A DNA stretch of 63,483 bases, filler included, from Folioceros fuciformis (lineage: Eukaryota), in the NCBI GenBank assembly GCA_049999805.1. It is 14 parts of 14 records of this genome, joined end to end, with 100 filler letters (N's around TTAATTAATTAA, not from the genome) between each part and the next. Parts side by side here need not be neighbours in the genome. Positions count along the whole stretch, not along the records: positions 1 to 2,142 come from JBNGIO010003617.1; positions 2,243 to 10,049 come from JBNGIO010003619.1; positions 10,150 to 14,357 come from JBNGIO010003620.1; 11 more parts are not named here. One strand, given 5' to 3'. The notes under the pieces were generated by a model. That model did not search any database and was not told where the DNA came from. It saw only the letters and a list, made by a program, of their open reading frames with translations. The position numbers and the translations under genes were made by a program. This document shows positions 1 to 13,051 of this stretch, piece after piece (positions within the stretch are counted from its first letter, which is position 1; each line of letters starts with the position of its first letter).

Positions 1-644
1 GGTTTGGATAGGTTTGCTTTTTGGGAAGTGAGGGTGATGGGGGAGATTTCCTGAGATAGTGAAGACCGGGGGATTTTTTTTTCCAAAAACAAAGGAAGAT
101 ACTGTACTTAATTCTTCAAGAAAAGCCAGTATCTTCCCCCCTCCAACACAACGAAACCAAAGAAGAAACATCCAAGTAAAATTTCCAACCCGTTACTCAA
201 TCTGTCACAAAACAACGAAGTATCCAACATTCTTCACTATCCATCAATCGCATTTCACAAAGAAAATTCATTTCCACACAGAGCTAACAAGAACCCCATC
301 CCCGATAAACCAGAAAACTAGATTTGAGTTTCAAAACGCATTACCCACAACCATTCTCTTTCAATCAATGTATTGATGTTCTTTACAATCGCATGACTAG
401 ACTAATCTCCAATGAACCCGTTTCAATTGGCCATCAAGCAGAGTGATACGAGACCAATCATCTCATCCCAAATTAGTATAGATCAAGTCACAAGTCATAT
501 ATATTGAAGTTCCAGATAAGCGAAGTATTGACAACGACGGAGGAAAGGTGTTTGGCAAAGAACGTATTGGGCAATGCAAATAGTAAGATTATTGATTTTT
601 CTGATTTTTTCCTTAAGGGAAATGATATGTGGAGGATATTCCTG

Positions 645-646
<2 letters not shown>

Positions 647-678
<32 letters not shown>

Positions 679-778
679 NNNNNNNNNNNNNNNNNNNNNN
701 NNNNNNNNNNNNNNNNNNNNNNNNNNNNNNNNNNNNNNNNNNNNNNNNNNNNNNNNNNNNNNNNNNNNNNNNNNNNNN

Positions 779-826
<48 letters not shown>
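647..826 (+). repeat. (GT)n microsatellite spanning an assembly gap
   Basis: Perfect GT runs on both sides of a 100-N gap. Confidence 0.95.
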
Positions 827-827
<1 letters not shown>

Positions 828-2142
828 TGAGAGATGAGTTGTCGAAATCCCTGGTTACAACATGGATGGGGAAAATGACATGAGCTGCAGGACAGGGCGT
901 TTGCAATGATAAGATGCTTGAAGAGGGTAATACTAGATTCGGATATATGTGTATTCGGCAAGGTCTGGCATCAGGGAGCGTGTCAGATCATGTGCCTAGA
1001 CGCTAAATGGGAGGTATGGTAGTAACGGTGTAGTTTCTCTGTGAGGAACACAAATATGTCAGATGTAGACAGATCCAGGAGGGAAAGTGTCCAGAAATGG
1101 CTTATCGTGCTTACTTGCTCACTGTCGAGCTGAACAGTAGCTTCACTCGGCGTCGCAATACGACTCCAGCATCCTGCGTCCCAGTCGGCCGGGCAGCGTC
1201 AAAACCACAGATAGATGACTACGGCGTACATGCTGCACGCAGGTGGTAGGACTGTCTGTGCTGTGATTCCTCTTGTCAGGCTGACCATACCGCACGGGAA
1301 GCGGGAGTTCCACACGTGGGGCAAAACGGCAAATGGGACCCAAGTATTCGGGTCACGCAGCTCGGGTAACAGGTCACTGCACCAAGTTCACGATGGTTGA
1401 ATGCCGATGACGCAGTCGAGTCACCGAACACAGTCAGATTGAACGCGGATATGGCTGCTTGTGGTGTGGTCATCAAATCCTGCGGGAGCTGGCCAAGAGG
1501 CGCCTGTGGTGATAGCGTGAACTGGTGGATTCGTAACGCTATGTGGCGTCGAGTCCGAATTTCCGAGGCGCCGGAACACAACCTCGATGAGCACAGAAAT
1601 TCTGATGCTGTCGAATTTCGTAAGTTTACGCGTCACATCCAAACTTATGTGTCAAGACTTGCATCCGGGGAAAGGGGAAGATTTCCAGGACGAGGTGCAT
1701 GTTGCCAGCTACGTGCAGTGCTCTTATTGAACAGATGAAGATCCAACGACTGGTCGTCGCGGTTCTCGCACCCTGCACTGCAGAAGTGTGATCCCAAATC
1801 GGAATCAAGCGCAATGTAAGGCTGCAGCTGGCGTGTTTCGGTGGGCTGCCGGAGGAAACCTTGCATAATCGATAGCACCTGTCGATGCCAGCCAGTAATT
1901 GAGTTTGCGGAATACGGTTTGCGGCGCATGGGTTTCTTGGAAACAATGGGCATCGCACAACAGCGTTAAGGTCTAGCGAGCTCAACAATTGAGACGATAC
2001 GTAAGTGAAAGGAGAGTGGCCAGCTCAAAATATTGAGCTGCAAAAGCGGTGCGGAGAAGCTGAAAGGTTGTTGGCTCCGCAATCGCCATCTCAGCTTCTC
2101 GATAAGGCCACTACCAGGATAGCGCAGCCAAGGGCGTTCTCA

Positions 2143-2242
2143 NNNNNNNNNNNNNNNNNNNNNNNNNNNNNNNNNNNNNNNNNNNNTTAATTAATTAANN
2201 NNNNNNNNNNNNNNNNNNNNNNNNNNNNNNNNNNNNNNNNNN
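2143..2242. other. Artificial scaffold-concatenation spacer (N44-TTAATTAATTAA-N44). The same 12-mer starts at 2187, 10094, 14402, 16714, 27483, 32159, 34420, 45483, 49106, 52767, 54916, 59834 and 62260
   Basis: An identical palindromic 12-mer with stop codons in all six frames sits in the middle of 100-bp N blocks. Genes are truncated and base composition changes at these points. Confidence 0.97.
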
Positions 2243-2392
2243 AACCAATGCAATGGATTGGCAGATTCAACCAATGCAATGGATTGGCAAATACTATGCA
2301 AACAGATACTATGCAACCAGTGCATTGGCATATTCAACCAATGCAATGCAATCACAAATACTATGCAAATAGTCTAGTGCATTGGTAGATTC
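2243..2392. repeat. Degenerate short tandem repeats (aaccaatgcaatggattggca / aatactatgcaa units)
   Basis: The motifs recur several times at the scaffold start. Confidence 0.6.
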
Positions 2393-4347
2393 TCCCGTAT
2401 GTGCCTACAACAATGGATGAAGGATGAGGCCACAGTGTGAGGTGGACAATTATTTGTCTGTTTGATAGTACCTTAGGGTTTCCTTTCCATATTTGGTGTG
2501 GGAACAAGGCAAACGCCTTATGCACATGACTGAAATGACAAAGAGAAGCCCCAACCCGAGAGGAGTGGAGAAGATGTAATTATATGTTTCATGTTTTGAA
2601 ATAATATTTATGATCATTAGCTGGTCGAATGGACTCACTTAGCTTGCTCTAAGGGTGGTAGGTAGGTGGAGACCTAGACCTAATATTTTAGTATCGTGCA
2701 GAGCATTTTCGAGCAAGTTGGGTAAGAATCCCGTATAGGTATGTGACAGCAGGGGTAGAGGTAGAGAGAATGGTAGGTAGGTAGGTGGAGCGCTGCTGGT
2801 GTTGCGATTTCATTTGAGTCGGGTTTATGTGGTAGCCGTGACTCCCAACCCTTTGGCGTCCTCCTTCTCTTTGTTGCCTCTGTCTTGAGCGGCTGCCGCT
2901 CGTCACGCTCCGGCTGGCTCGCCGTTCCGTACGATGCATCACGGCGCCACCGTCGCCTAGGCTACGCTAGCCGGAGCGCTAGGTTGCTTTTGGGCCTGCC
3001 GAGGTGCTGGGAATTATGGTGTGCGGATGAGTGAGGGTGGAGGGAGGCGGAGAGGGAGCCATGGAGGGAGGGAGGGAAGGAGGAATCTGTAAGCTGTAGC
3101 CACCCGGCACGGTGCGAGCAGGCAGGGTTAGATGAAGGGGAGGAGGCGGAGGATGTGAGTGATGCGGCCGCAGACGAGACGTAGACGGAGACGGAGACGG
3201 CTTGAGGCTTGCTTCCGCTGGCGGCTGCATGGCACAACAGAGCTGGCAGGAGGAGGAGTCTGAGGAGGATGCGGAGCGCAGTGGCAGGCCGGGCCCGGTA
3301 GAGACCCCNNNNNNNNNNNNNNNNNNNNNNNNNNNNNNNNNNNNNNNNNNNNNNNNNNNNNNNNNNNNNNNNNNNNNNNNNNNNNNNNNNNNNNNNNNNN
3401 NNNNNNNNGGACTACGACGACGAAGGGGAAACTCAAGGGGCCGTGCATGTGCGGCGTGCTTCCAGTGGCTTCGGCAGCGATTCGCAGGACCACTCGGAAA
3501 GGAGTCACAAAGGGCGGCGCGTCACCATCGTTCGGGATGATGAGGGCAAGCGGGAGGGAGCTTCCAGCAGTAGATGGCCGCTCTCTCAGGACGGCTCGAG
3601 GATGGTGCGGGTGCTTTCAGCTGGTAAGCTGCAGGAGCTGGCCCCAGGGATGGTTGACGGAGGGTGCACGACACTGGGCCAAGGTCTGGGGCGGGCTGCC
3701 GAGACGTACGTTTCCTCCCACCCCCGCCCCGCTGGTGTTAACGTGCGCCTTGGTTTCTTGGAGACGGCGGTCTTTTGGGAGGCATTGTGCCTCAATGCGT
3801 GCATTTTGTGTTGGCAGGTCGGAGGACACCGAAGAGTGTGGTGTGCAGTCATCACGTAAGAAAGCTCGGATGGGTACGGGGGGAGACTGTTTGAAGGGTG
3901 AGTAGCTAGACTTTGGATTCTCTCCTCAACGTCCTCCTTTGTTGTCTCTCGCGACTGTAGGTAGATAGGGTACATGGGGGAAAGAGATGCCAGTTGAGGT
4001 GCGGTGTCGGCACCTTGCCACACAGCCTGAATTTTTTAGTTGAAATGGTCAACCAAGGCGATCATGGGATTGGAGGATATGTGTGTTTTTTGGCTGTCGT
4101 GGGAGATACAAGTTTGGTGTGTTATCATCGTGCATCCTTCTCTATGTTTTGGTGCACCGGCCCCGTTCTTGTCCTTTATGTTTTTTGGATCGCATAATGC
4201 ACTGGTGGCTGGGTGTTCTCTAATCGCATCGCATCATGGTGTGCATAGATTTTCCTTCTCAAGCATCTCCGGCAGCACTGAGCTCAGGTCGCGAGGTAAC
4301 AATCTTGCTAGCTAATTATTTCTTTGCACGTTTTGTCTTGGAGTCAG

Positions 4348-7300
4348 GTTTCACCTGACTCTTGAATGGCGGATATGGTGTGCACAGGATGCACTTGAGA
4401 AGGTTCCGACTCCTAGAAAACCTGATTTCTCGCCAGTTAATGGACAGTACAGAAATTTGGATGAGAACGAGGACGCTATCTGTGTCGAAGAGGTTCCACG
4501 TCTACTGGGACCACCTTCTGGCACCAGTGCTTCTACGCCTCGACTGGTTGAGCAGACGGCACATGGCTGTTCCTCCCCAAGTGATGGTGGCACATCTCTT
4601 CATCTCAATTCTGACCCACATGGAAGTATTGGCAAGACGGATTGTGGAGACGGTTCTGATGAACTGCCAGCTCCTTTGGGCTTGCATAAGGTAGAAAAAA
4701 ATGACGTGTTTTCCGTCTCCGCTGATGCATTTGCGAAGAGAGTTTGGCTTCTGTTGTGCCGAATATGTCTGATTGCTGCTTCATGACGTGTGAAACGTGC
4801 AAGTTTTCACCTTTCATAATTTTTATTTCATGTTGCAGCAAGATAGCTGTGAAGGAGATGTAGGAAGGGCGTGTCTTGATGTCGGTGCTAGCAGTATTGA
4901 GTCGCCTGCTGGAGTTGGTGGCTCTGTCTCGAGTATGAGGAGCCCTCCCATGAACCAGGATAGGTTTCCAAGGACTTTATTGCCAGGTGGCTCGAATTCG
5001 GTGGTATCGAGCCATGAAGACGCTTGGGTTAGCCATAATGGTCCCACGTATGAGCAGGTCCTGACTTTTCTTGGTCCCAGGATCTAGATTTCTGCGTTCA
5101 TGAGCTTCAGGAGTACTGTTCCCACTGCACATGGGTCTCTGTTTTTAGGGTCGCGCACCTGTACTTTATGTGTTCCTGCTTCGTGCCTGGGGTTACCTGC
5201 CCATGTTTCTGCTGTGAACGTGCATTGTCCATGTTGTTTAGGGTTGATGTGTGTGATGCCTGTGGATCCTAACTAGCGAAATGCTTTTCTACAGCCTAGA
5301 GGAGGCTTTGAAAGCCAGAGATCGGGTAGCTCGAAAGAGTATCTAGCAGATCGAGACATGAAAGTCATCAGCTGCGCTTCTGTAGAACCACAAGATCAGT
5401 CTGAGATGAATGGGGTAGGGGAAGGATTGAAGTCCTCAGATTCTCGTCTCTCTGCTGACGATGCCAGCTTGTGGACCACCAGGTATGGACGGATCATAGA
5501 TGGAGCTGTGGGTACATGGAGCTATGTGAACTATATTTAGAGGCTTAGTCGCAATTGTGTTTATTCCCCTCCCTTTTAGTTGATTTTCCCTGACGTCTAG
5601 TCACTGCACTCTTGCAGGAATACTTGCGTTGATGTGGGACCCAGTACTAGGTGGTGCGCAACCGGAAGTGCTCCCAATGATGGGGAAATGGCAAGGCCCT
5701 TTCAGTACCCAACTAGGGTATATGATGGTCATCCAGAAAGCTGGGTATACCCAAGTGCAGAGGGGGTGATGACTGGTCCATACAGTCTCACACAGCTTTA
5801 TGAAGGGATGATTTCCAGATATTTGCCTTCCAACCTTCCAGTCTATCCTGTTATTAATGGGCAAGTCTCTTGGGCGGTTCCCTTGGAGGTTGCTGTAAGA
5901 CAGCACACAGCATATTCGCCAGCCTTTGGTGGTTTTGCACAGCCGGACTGTGAAGCGGTTGATGTGCCGAACAGGCCGAGATTAATGTATGGGCACGTTC
6001 ATCAGAGTGAACGAGAGCAGCCTATGTCATCGGGAACACAAGTAAAGGTGGATGAAGCTAATATTGGACTTTTCAGACTCGATGACTCCTCTCCATCACA
6101 TGAGGATACTTTGCCAGTCAGTGGGAGGTCTCTATCTGACAGTCATGTGTCCTTGTCAGGGAAGGAACCTATCGCCCCTGTCTGCGCCGCTACTGCTCTG
6201 TCATCATTATCAACACCTGCACCTGCATGTCCTTCCTCGTTGTCCATTGCATCGACCGCATCTGTCCAGCCGGCTCCTCCTGAACATGGTTTTAGTCAGG
6301 CAGTTGAGCCAAAGAAGCAAGATCTGTATGTAGAAGCTTCAGCACAAGCAGAGGTTTCGGTTCCAGGGTTTGACATGACGATTTGCCGGAAACAACCAGT
6401 TTCTCCAGAGGTATGTATGATCTTGGAAGCAAGTGTGCTGCTAATTAGTCCGATTTCGTATAGTGGCCTCATCTGTGCTCATTCTGCATGCCGGCAGGGC
6501 TATCCCATGCCAACCCCCCAGGTGAAAACAGAAAAGGACAGTGGTACTTGCCTAGATGAAACTCCAGAATTACCCCCTGGATTCGATGGAATAGTACAGG
6601 CACTGCCGGGCTCAAAGTTAGCCTCTGCACTTGCAGCACGCCAGCTGAATGAGCAGCCAAGCAAGAACAATGAGCTGCATGTTCCCCTGGAATGTCAACA
6701 AAGTAGTGGTCCACTTCATTCAGTGACACCACTGGTTGGTGCTGCTGCAGACCAACAACAATATCATCAGCTGCCAGGACAAGAAGGGCTGTATAACGGG
6801 CATGTAGCCCTTCATTCTGCAGGTCAATGTGAGGCCATTGATTTGCAAATGGTGAGCTCAGTGATTTTGTGCTTGATATTGCTGATATGTATATCTTCAT
6901 TTCTGAGTATCTGACTTACGTGTTGAGTCTGTCAGGCTTGGCAGGACCTGCGCTGGCAGTATGAAGGAGCTGACAATGTGCTCAAGGGTCCATTCTCGCT
7001 CTGGCAGCTGGCGCATTGGCTCGAGACTAAACAACTGTATAGTGATTTACAGGTCTTGATGGTTGTAGCAGGTCAACTTGAATTTTGATTTTCGCTCTGA
7101 GGTTTATCTGAATTTCTAGCTATTACTTGCTGCAGATTTACGACATGCATGGCCAGTGGCACCCAACGATCTTAAGTGATCTTGTTAGACAGTCTCAGGA
7201 CGACAGCCTCTTTCCTCAGCTTTATCCCGGTTTTGAAGGCAACAGTATGTCAAACCTTTCACGTTGCCAAGTAGGAGGTTGTAGCAGAAGCACTGCAGAT

Positions 7301-10026
7301 GTTGCACCGGCAAATGTGCTGGAAATGGTTCAACGGGAGCTCCATTCAGCCACTATCTCAGCTGTCAAGCGTGTTCTCCTGGATGCTGCAATTGGGGAAC
7401 ACCTTCAAGCATGGATTGGTGCAAGAAAGCAGCCGCTGTCTATACTGACATTCCGAGATGAGAAAAGGGAGCCAGTCTCTGAGGCTCTGAAGGAGCCTGG
7501 AAATGCCACTGGGGAGAGAAGTGTACGACTCTGCCTTCTGTGTGTTCCTCGTGGTGTCCTCTGTTTGGTTGGTCTTTTCTCGCATGTGCTAACACCTGAA
7601 ATGTGAGCTATTTTGTGAGTTGAAGTTAAGTGACTTGCAGACCCTTCTGTTCATGTCCTTACATCCACAGTGTCTGTGAAGTGGGTTGATGCAAGATTTT
7701 GATTCAGGAGGATTGAATGAGCGTTGCATGTGTGTCTTTCGTGTTGCAGCCCAACTTACAAAGTGGTCAAAGGGTCCTTGAAGGTGGAACATGTCCTCTC
7801 ATTGCTGGAGAGAGGAGTGGCCCCACGGCTGAGTCTGAGTCTCCGCACACCAGGAAACCTTGCAAGATTGAGGAAGCTGTTGATGCAGGTCCGCCGGGGT
7901 TTTGTCAGCCATCAGTTCCAGTCAAGCAGGTGGCATCAAAGAATCCAAGGACTGTTATCTCAACTGAGAGATCCCTGCCTATGACAGATGCCGGCTCACA
8001 AGAAGTAGGTGTAGCTATGAAGAGTCTAAATGGCTCAGAGAGAATTTCTTCTACCAGTGGGAACGTCCGTGCCACTGGTCCTGGAGACGTGGGCAGCAAA
8101 TCTAAGTCTGTTGGTCAATGTAAGTTGAAGTCGTCTGCAGGTGCCATGAACACAGTCAGCCAAACCAAGATGGTGAAAGGTACAGCAATGTCATCGGCTT
8201 GGAAGGATTTGAGCTCTTGTTCCGGACTTGCTGGTGAAGACCCTGGTACTCCTCGGATTGTAACCAAGAAACAAAGCGATTCTAAATCTGAAAAGTCATG
8301 CTTGCCTGTTAGAGAGAGAATTCAGCTTGCAGAGAGGTATTGTGGTAGTGCTGCAGATGGTGGCGTAGCGGAGTCCATCTCAGGCTGCACCCATCAGCCA
8401 ACTGGCGTTACACAGAATAGCAGCCCGAAACGTCAATCTGTGGGCCAATGTAGGCCAAAGATTGTCCAGTCAAGGCTAGAGGAGACTCATCAGATCAGGT
8501 TGTCTGGACAGCCCGAGAAAGCCCTTTCGAAAGCTCCAGGGAAGAATTCCTCGAGTCCTGGTGTTAGGGTGGCCAAAATCAGAAATTTTAGTGCGTTGAA
8601 CGGAGGTGGATTGGATAGTTCCAAGAAGAAGCAATGTGTGAGGCTGGATCCTGGCAATCCTGTTGGAGCACTCGTGCCTTCGGGTAATGACAGTCTCAAG
8701 GGAACTCGTCGGCCTGATTTGGCAGGAAAAGGTACTTACAGACGGAGCTGATGGATTGCTGTATCTGTAGAGTACAAGGTCGCTCTAAAATGTCCATATT
8801 TCACTTGCAAGATAGTGATGTGCCTATGCTGAATTATCGTGTTCGGTAATCATCTGCAGAGTCTCTGGCAAATGGTGCACTGATAACAGGAGAGCTGGAA
8901 CATGGTAGGGTGCCTTCCCACCTCCCTGGTGACACTCAAACTTCTAGAGCACTGAACTCTAAGGTTGAGGTGCTCTTAGTGCCTGCGGCTGCACACACTG
9001 TGGACAGAGCCCCAATTAAGTTTCAAGAGAGAATGCAGAGTCCAAGAAAATCATCAGGCAGCAGCTTGAGAACAGGGTATCTGGGTTCAGAGAAGACTGT
9101 TGTTGCTGATAGAAGTAAGGAACCTTCTGTTGTGAAGGCATCCGATGCAATACACCAGGCAAGTGAACCAGGTGCAACAGCTATCACCTTCTCTGATACA
9201 CAGGAACGTCGTCGGCCTCCCAGTCCAAAAGGATGTTCTCGATGTTGTATAGATGGGTGGGAATGGCGTAGATCAGCTAAAGCAGCTCGATTGAAGGATA
9301 GGGTGATTCAGCACAAGGTGGACTCCGAGCCAAGAATCGCATCTGGTAGTAAGCTGAGGACCAAAGCAGTATCTGCTTCCCTGCGTGCAAGCAACAAAAA
9401 CAGTTTACAATCTGCACGGACCAAGAGAGCGAAGCTACGAAAATTGGCTGTGGTGCCCGACATCATGAAGCTCAGCCAACTCAAGGCACCTACTTGCCTC
9501 GCTGCTCGAAATGTATTTTTCTTCATACGGCAGGAATAGTCTGTTCGGACTTGCCTAATGGGTTCTCCACTCCTGCAGAATCGCAAGAAGCGTTTGAAAT
9601 TTCAAAGGAGCAAAATACACGAGTGGGGTCTGGTCGCTTTGGAGAACATTGCTGCAGAGGATTTTATAATTGAGTATGTCGGTGAAATAATTCGGTCCAA
9701 GGTTAGGTTTTTTGCCTCTCTTCAGGTTTGGGGCCGAGTACCTTCCTGTCCCAAATCTTTACTAACTTTTCGTAGTTCTGCAGGTGTCAGATCTCCGTGA
9801 GCAACAGTATGAAAAGATGGGTATTGGCAGCAGCTATTTGTTTCGCATTGATGACGAACACGTTGTACGTGCCTTAGTTTTGCTTGCCGATTGGGAATTA
9901 ATTGGTTTTCTGACTCAGGGTGGACTTCAGGTCTAACTTTTTCCTTTGGTATGTGATGTTCTGGCCGACTAGATTGACGCAACTAAACACGGAGGGCTTG
10001 CCAGGTTTATTAATCATTCCTGTGAG
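4348..10026 (+). CDS. ATXR7: ATXR7/SDG25-like Set1-class histone H3K4 methyltransferase; multi-exon, 5' end uncertain, 3' end truncated by scaffold end
   Basis: Two GYF-like motifs ([22 protein letters not shown] at ~5740; [23 protein letters not shown] at ~6955). Pre-SET motif [14 protein letters not shown]...[16 protein letters not shown] exons at 9579-9701, 9784-9864 and 9973-10026 read [85 protein letters not shown]. Confidence 0.9.
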
Positions 10027-10149
10027 GTGAGCCTTACTTGCAAGCATCTNNNNNNNNNNNNNNNNNNNNNNNNNNNNNNNNNNNNNNNNNNNNTTAATTA
10101 ATTAANNNNNNNNNNNNNNNNNNNNNNNNNNNNNNNNNNNNNNNNNNNN

Positions 10150-10830
10150 TATCAGTGTCCAGAGCTCGCCAGCAAATTCATGCTGCAAGTCTACAGGAGT
10201 GGCGTTTACAGTGGGTTTCCTCAACTAAGGCTTCTGCGCTGAAGAGGGTGGTGCTTGGTGGCTCTTCAGCCTTGGTGCTACAATGCCTTGGTCTCCATGA
10301 CCGTAAGCTCTCATCATTTCTCACCCAGCTTCAGACTGGGCATATGGCTATTGGGGCTTACTTTAGGAGATTCCTTGCAATGTTGAATCTCCTCTACAGA
10401 GTTTCTTCTGAAGACCTANNNNNNNNNNNNNNNNNNNNNNNNNNNNNNNNNNNNNNNNNNNNNNNNNNNNNNNNNNNNNNNNNNNNNNNNNNNNNNNNNN
10501 NNNNNNNNNNNNNNNNNNCTCGTCACCACATCCTTGGCCAGTGTATGGCCACTCGCAACACTTGGATCCAGATGTTTCAAGGCTCTTACTATGATATCCG
10601 CCAACTTCTTAGTGTTCCCAAACTCAGGGAAAAGCTTCTCTCTTACTTCAAGGCGATTGGCGATTACTTAACTTAGGCTTATTGACATAGCTATCTAGAT
10701 TTGCTATTTTGTTTGCTCTAATCCTCTTTCTTATGCGCTTTCCCAAAGTGTCCATTCAATCATGTTTTGATTCACGTTCCAGCGTCATAGCCTCACGGTT
10801 GCATACGCCTAATGATAAATAAATAAATAT
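10150..10830 (+). mobile_element. 3' end of a non-LTR retrotransposon (RNase H-bearing I/Tad/R1-like ORF2 C-terminus) with a (TAAA)n tail
   Basis: Motifs LTQLQTGHMAIGAYFRRF...RHHILGQC...LLSYFKAIG, stop at 10676, then taaataaataaat near 10816-10829. Confidence 0.6.
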
Positions 10831-10834
10831 CAAA

Positions 10835-11020
10835 TGACATATTCCTTTCCATTCTTGTGGTATGATGATATATTTTATTCTATTCTTGTGGAATTTGATG
10901 GTATATTTCTTTCTATTCCCCTATATCTAATGGTATATACCCTTCTATTCCTTTGGTATTTGATGGTATGTACCTCTTTATTCATGTGGTATCTTGATGG
11001 TATGTACCCCTCTATTGCCA
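10835..11020. repeat. Degenerate ~32-bp tandem repeat (tgatggtatatacc..ctattc..gtggta)
   Basis: Recurring atggtat/tattc/gtggta blocks. Confidence 0.55.
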
Positions 11021-12774
11021 AGCATAGCACATCCCTCTAGTCCTAGGCTATGCCTTGTCCACTTTGGTGACCAACACCAAACATGGCACCACAATGCACA
11101 AATAGGAGAACAGATTTTGTATGAGGTTGAGAGCAAGGTTGCAATAGATGAAATTTCTCTAAGATTATTTTCTATTATTGAAAAAGAGATGGAAAGTCCT
11201 ATCTACCCCAAAGATTGGAGGAACAACCCAAGCAAGGCCAGAGGCCAAAAGGAGGTACTAGGCCCTTCAAACATCATTCGCAAAAACTATCTACTGCTCC
11301 CAAAATGTCGTCATGATATGGAATAATAGAAGGCCTACCTACCACTGGTGCTAAAGAAGCCGTTTGACCTGCGCTTTTTGTTATTCTAAAAACTGTGTTT
11401 ATTCTAAACTCTTTGCAAAGCGATAGATATGTGTTGTCAAAAGAAGGCCAACTTCTCTATAGATATATACCAACTGAGCCCATAACATCCAGTCTTGCCA
11501 CAATACGCACATTGCCACGCTAATGGCATGTACAAGCCCAATTCAATAGGGCAATTAAGGCCATACTAGCTGTCCATAGCGTATGCCTTAACAAGCTAGT
11601 GACATTTGCACGCCCAATTAAATGTCATAGTCGAGGCTTGTCCTTCCCATAATGGGGCCAAACCAAGCCATGCTTCCAAGAGCTTGGATGGTAGAAATTT
11701 GAGATGCTTATTTAACAGCTAGTTGAGGGAGGAAATGAACTTTGCATTCTTGATTCCTTATTTAACCCAAAATGCAACAATGCACAAGGCAAGACGATAA
11801 CGTCACAAGGTCTGAGGATGTTGATGTGCATAGTTCCTATTGCAAAAAATCATCCACCATTCCTACATGAGCAAGAAGTAATTGGTGTGTGCAAGTCATG
11901 TTCCAAACATTGATGGAATGGACAAAATGTGCTTAGTGGTAGGGGTCCCTTTGGTAATAGCTTCTTTGTTTGTTCTAGCACTAAAGGAGACGGAGTGAGG
12001 ATATGTTGTAAAAACAAAGGGGCACTACTCTTTATTCTTTTTGGCATGCCATACCACAATACAAATATGTACCAAATGGTAGGCTTGGAGAAGCCTGAAG
12101 CAATTTGGACCGTTTGAACCAAGTTACTAGTAAGAGCATATGTGGATTTTGCTTTTCTGCGAAGAAAAGAGTTTAGATTATATTAGCTAAAAGTTGCTTT
12201 CGAAGTCACAAAAGTGAGTAAAAACCTAATGTACGAAACTAAACCCTCAAATAGAATCGTAGAACTAAAGGGAGGAGAAGCACCCTTTCCACCTGAGATT
12301 CTATCTCAACCTAGACAACTATGAGTAGCCACTTATCGAGTTGAACACAAGAGAAGCCCTTGTTAGTAGATTAATCTAAACAATGTACCTTAAGTTATAA
12401 AACAACCCTACCTTCCGTAGGGGTTTGCATGATTCTATTGGCCATTTGCACTAGGCCCAAGAAATCCAACTATCCTCTGCTTGTTTCGCTTAAACTTGTT
12501 TGAAGAGACTCTTCTTAAGCTTTCACTTTCACGCCAAGTCCTTCCCACTATAAACAACCAAGTCCACGACAAGCCCCACCACTTGATTTGATTTGGATCT
12601 TTTTTTCCATCTTCTGTTAGATTCATGATACAATGACCACATCTTATCATGACCTAAGTAATCAACCCTTTCATGAAAAGAAAAGAATTCTATAGATATA
12701 AAAAGAAGGTAGGAAACCTATCTTCCCTTAAAGAGGCGAGGCAAACCACCAAAGTTGACTTGATCACCAAGAGC

Positions 12775-13051
12775 TAAAGCTTTAAAACTAATAACAGGCT
12801 AGCTTCTAAAGTTTTAAAACAATAATAGACTAGCCCCTAAAGCTTTACAACTAATAGTAGGTCAACCCCTAATGCTTTAAAACTAATAATATGCTAGCCC
12901 CTAAAGCTTTAAAACTGATAATAGGCTAGCCCCTAAAGCTTTAAGACTAATAATAGACTAGTCCCTACAGCTTTAAAACCAATAATAGGCTAGCCCCTAA
13001 AGCCTTAAAACTAATAATAGGCTAGCCCCTAAAGCTTTAAAACTAATAATA
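12775..13051. repeat. 32-bp minisatellite (aaagctttaaaactaataataggctagcccct), ~8-9 copies
   Basis: Tandem units are directly visible. Confidence 0.9.

Noticed and set aside
488-961. ORFs with HT/CV dipeptide runs
   Set aside because: They are translations of the GT microsatellite and the N gap.
2187-2198. Recurrent TTAATTAATTAA palindrome as a biological repeat or recombination site
   Set aside because: It is always centred in 44+44 N and acts as a six-frame-stop linker used to concatenate scaffolds.
12775-13051. CRISPR-like array (32-bp unit)
   Set aside because: Units are head-to-tail with no unique spacers, the context is eukaryotic, and there are no cas genes.
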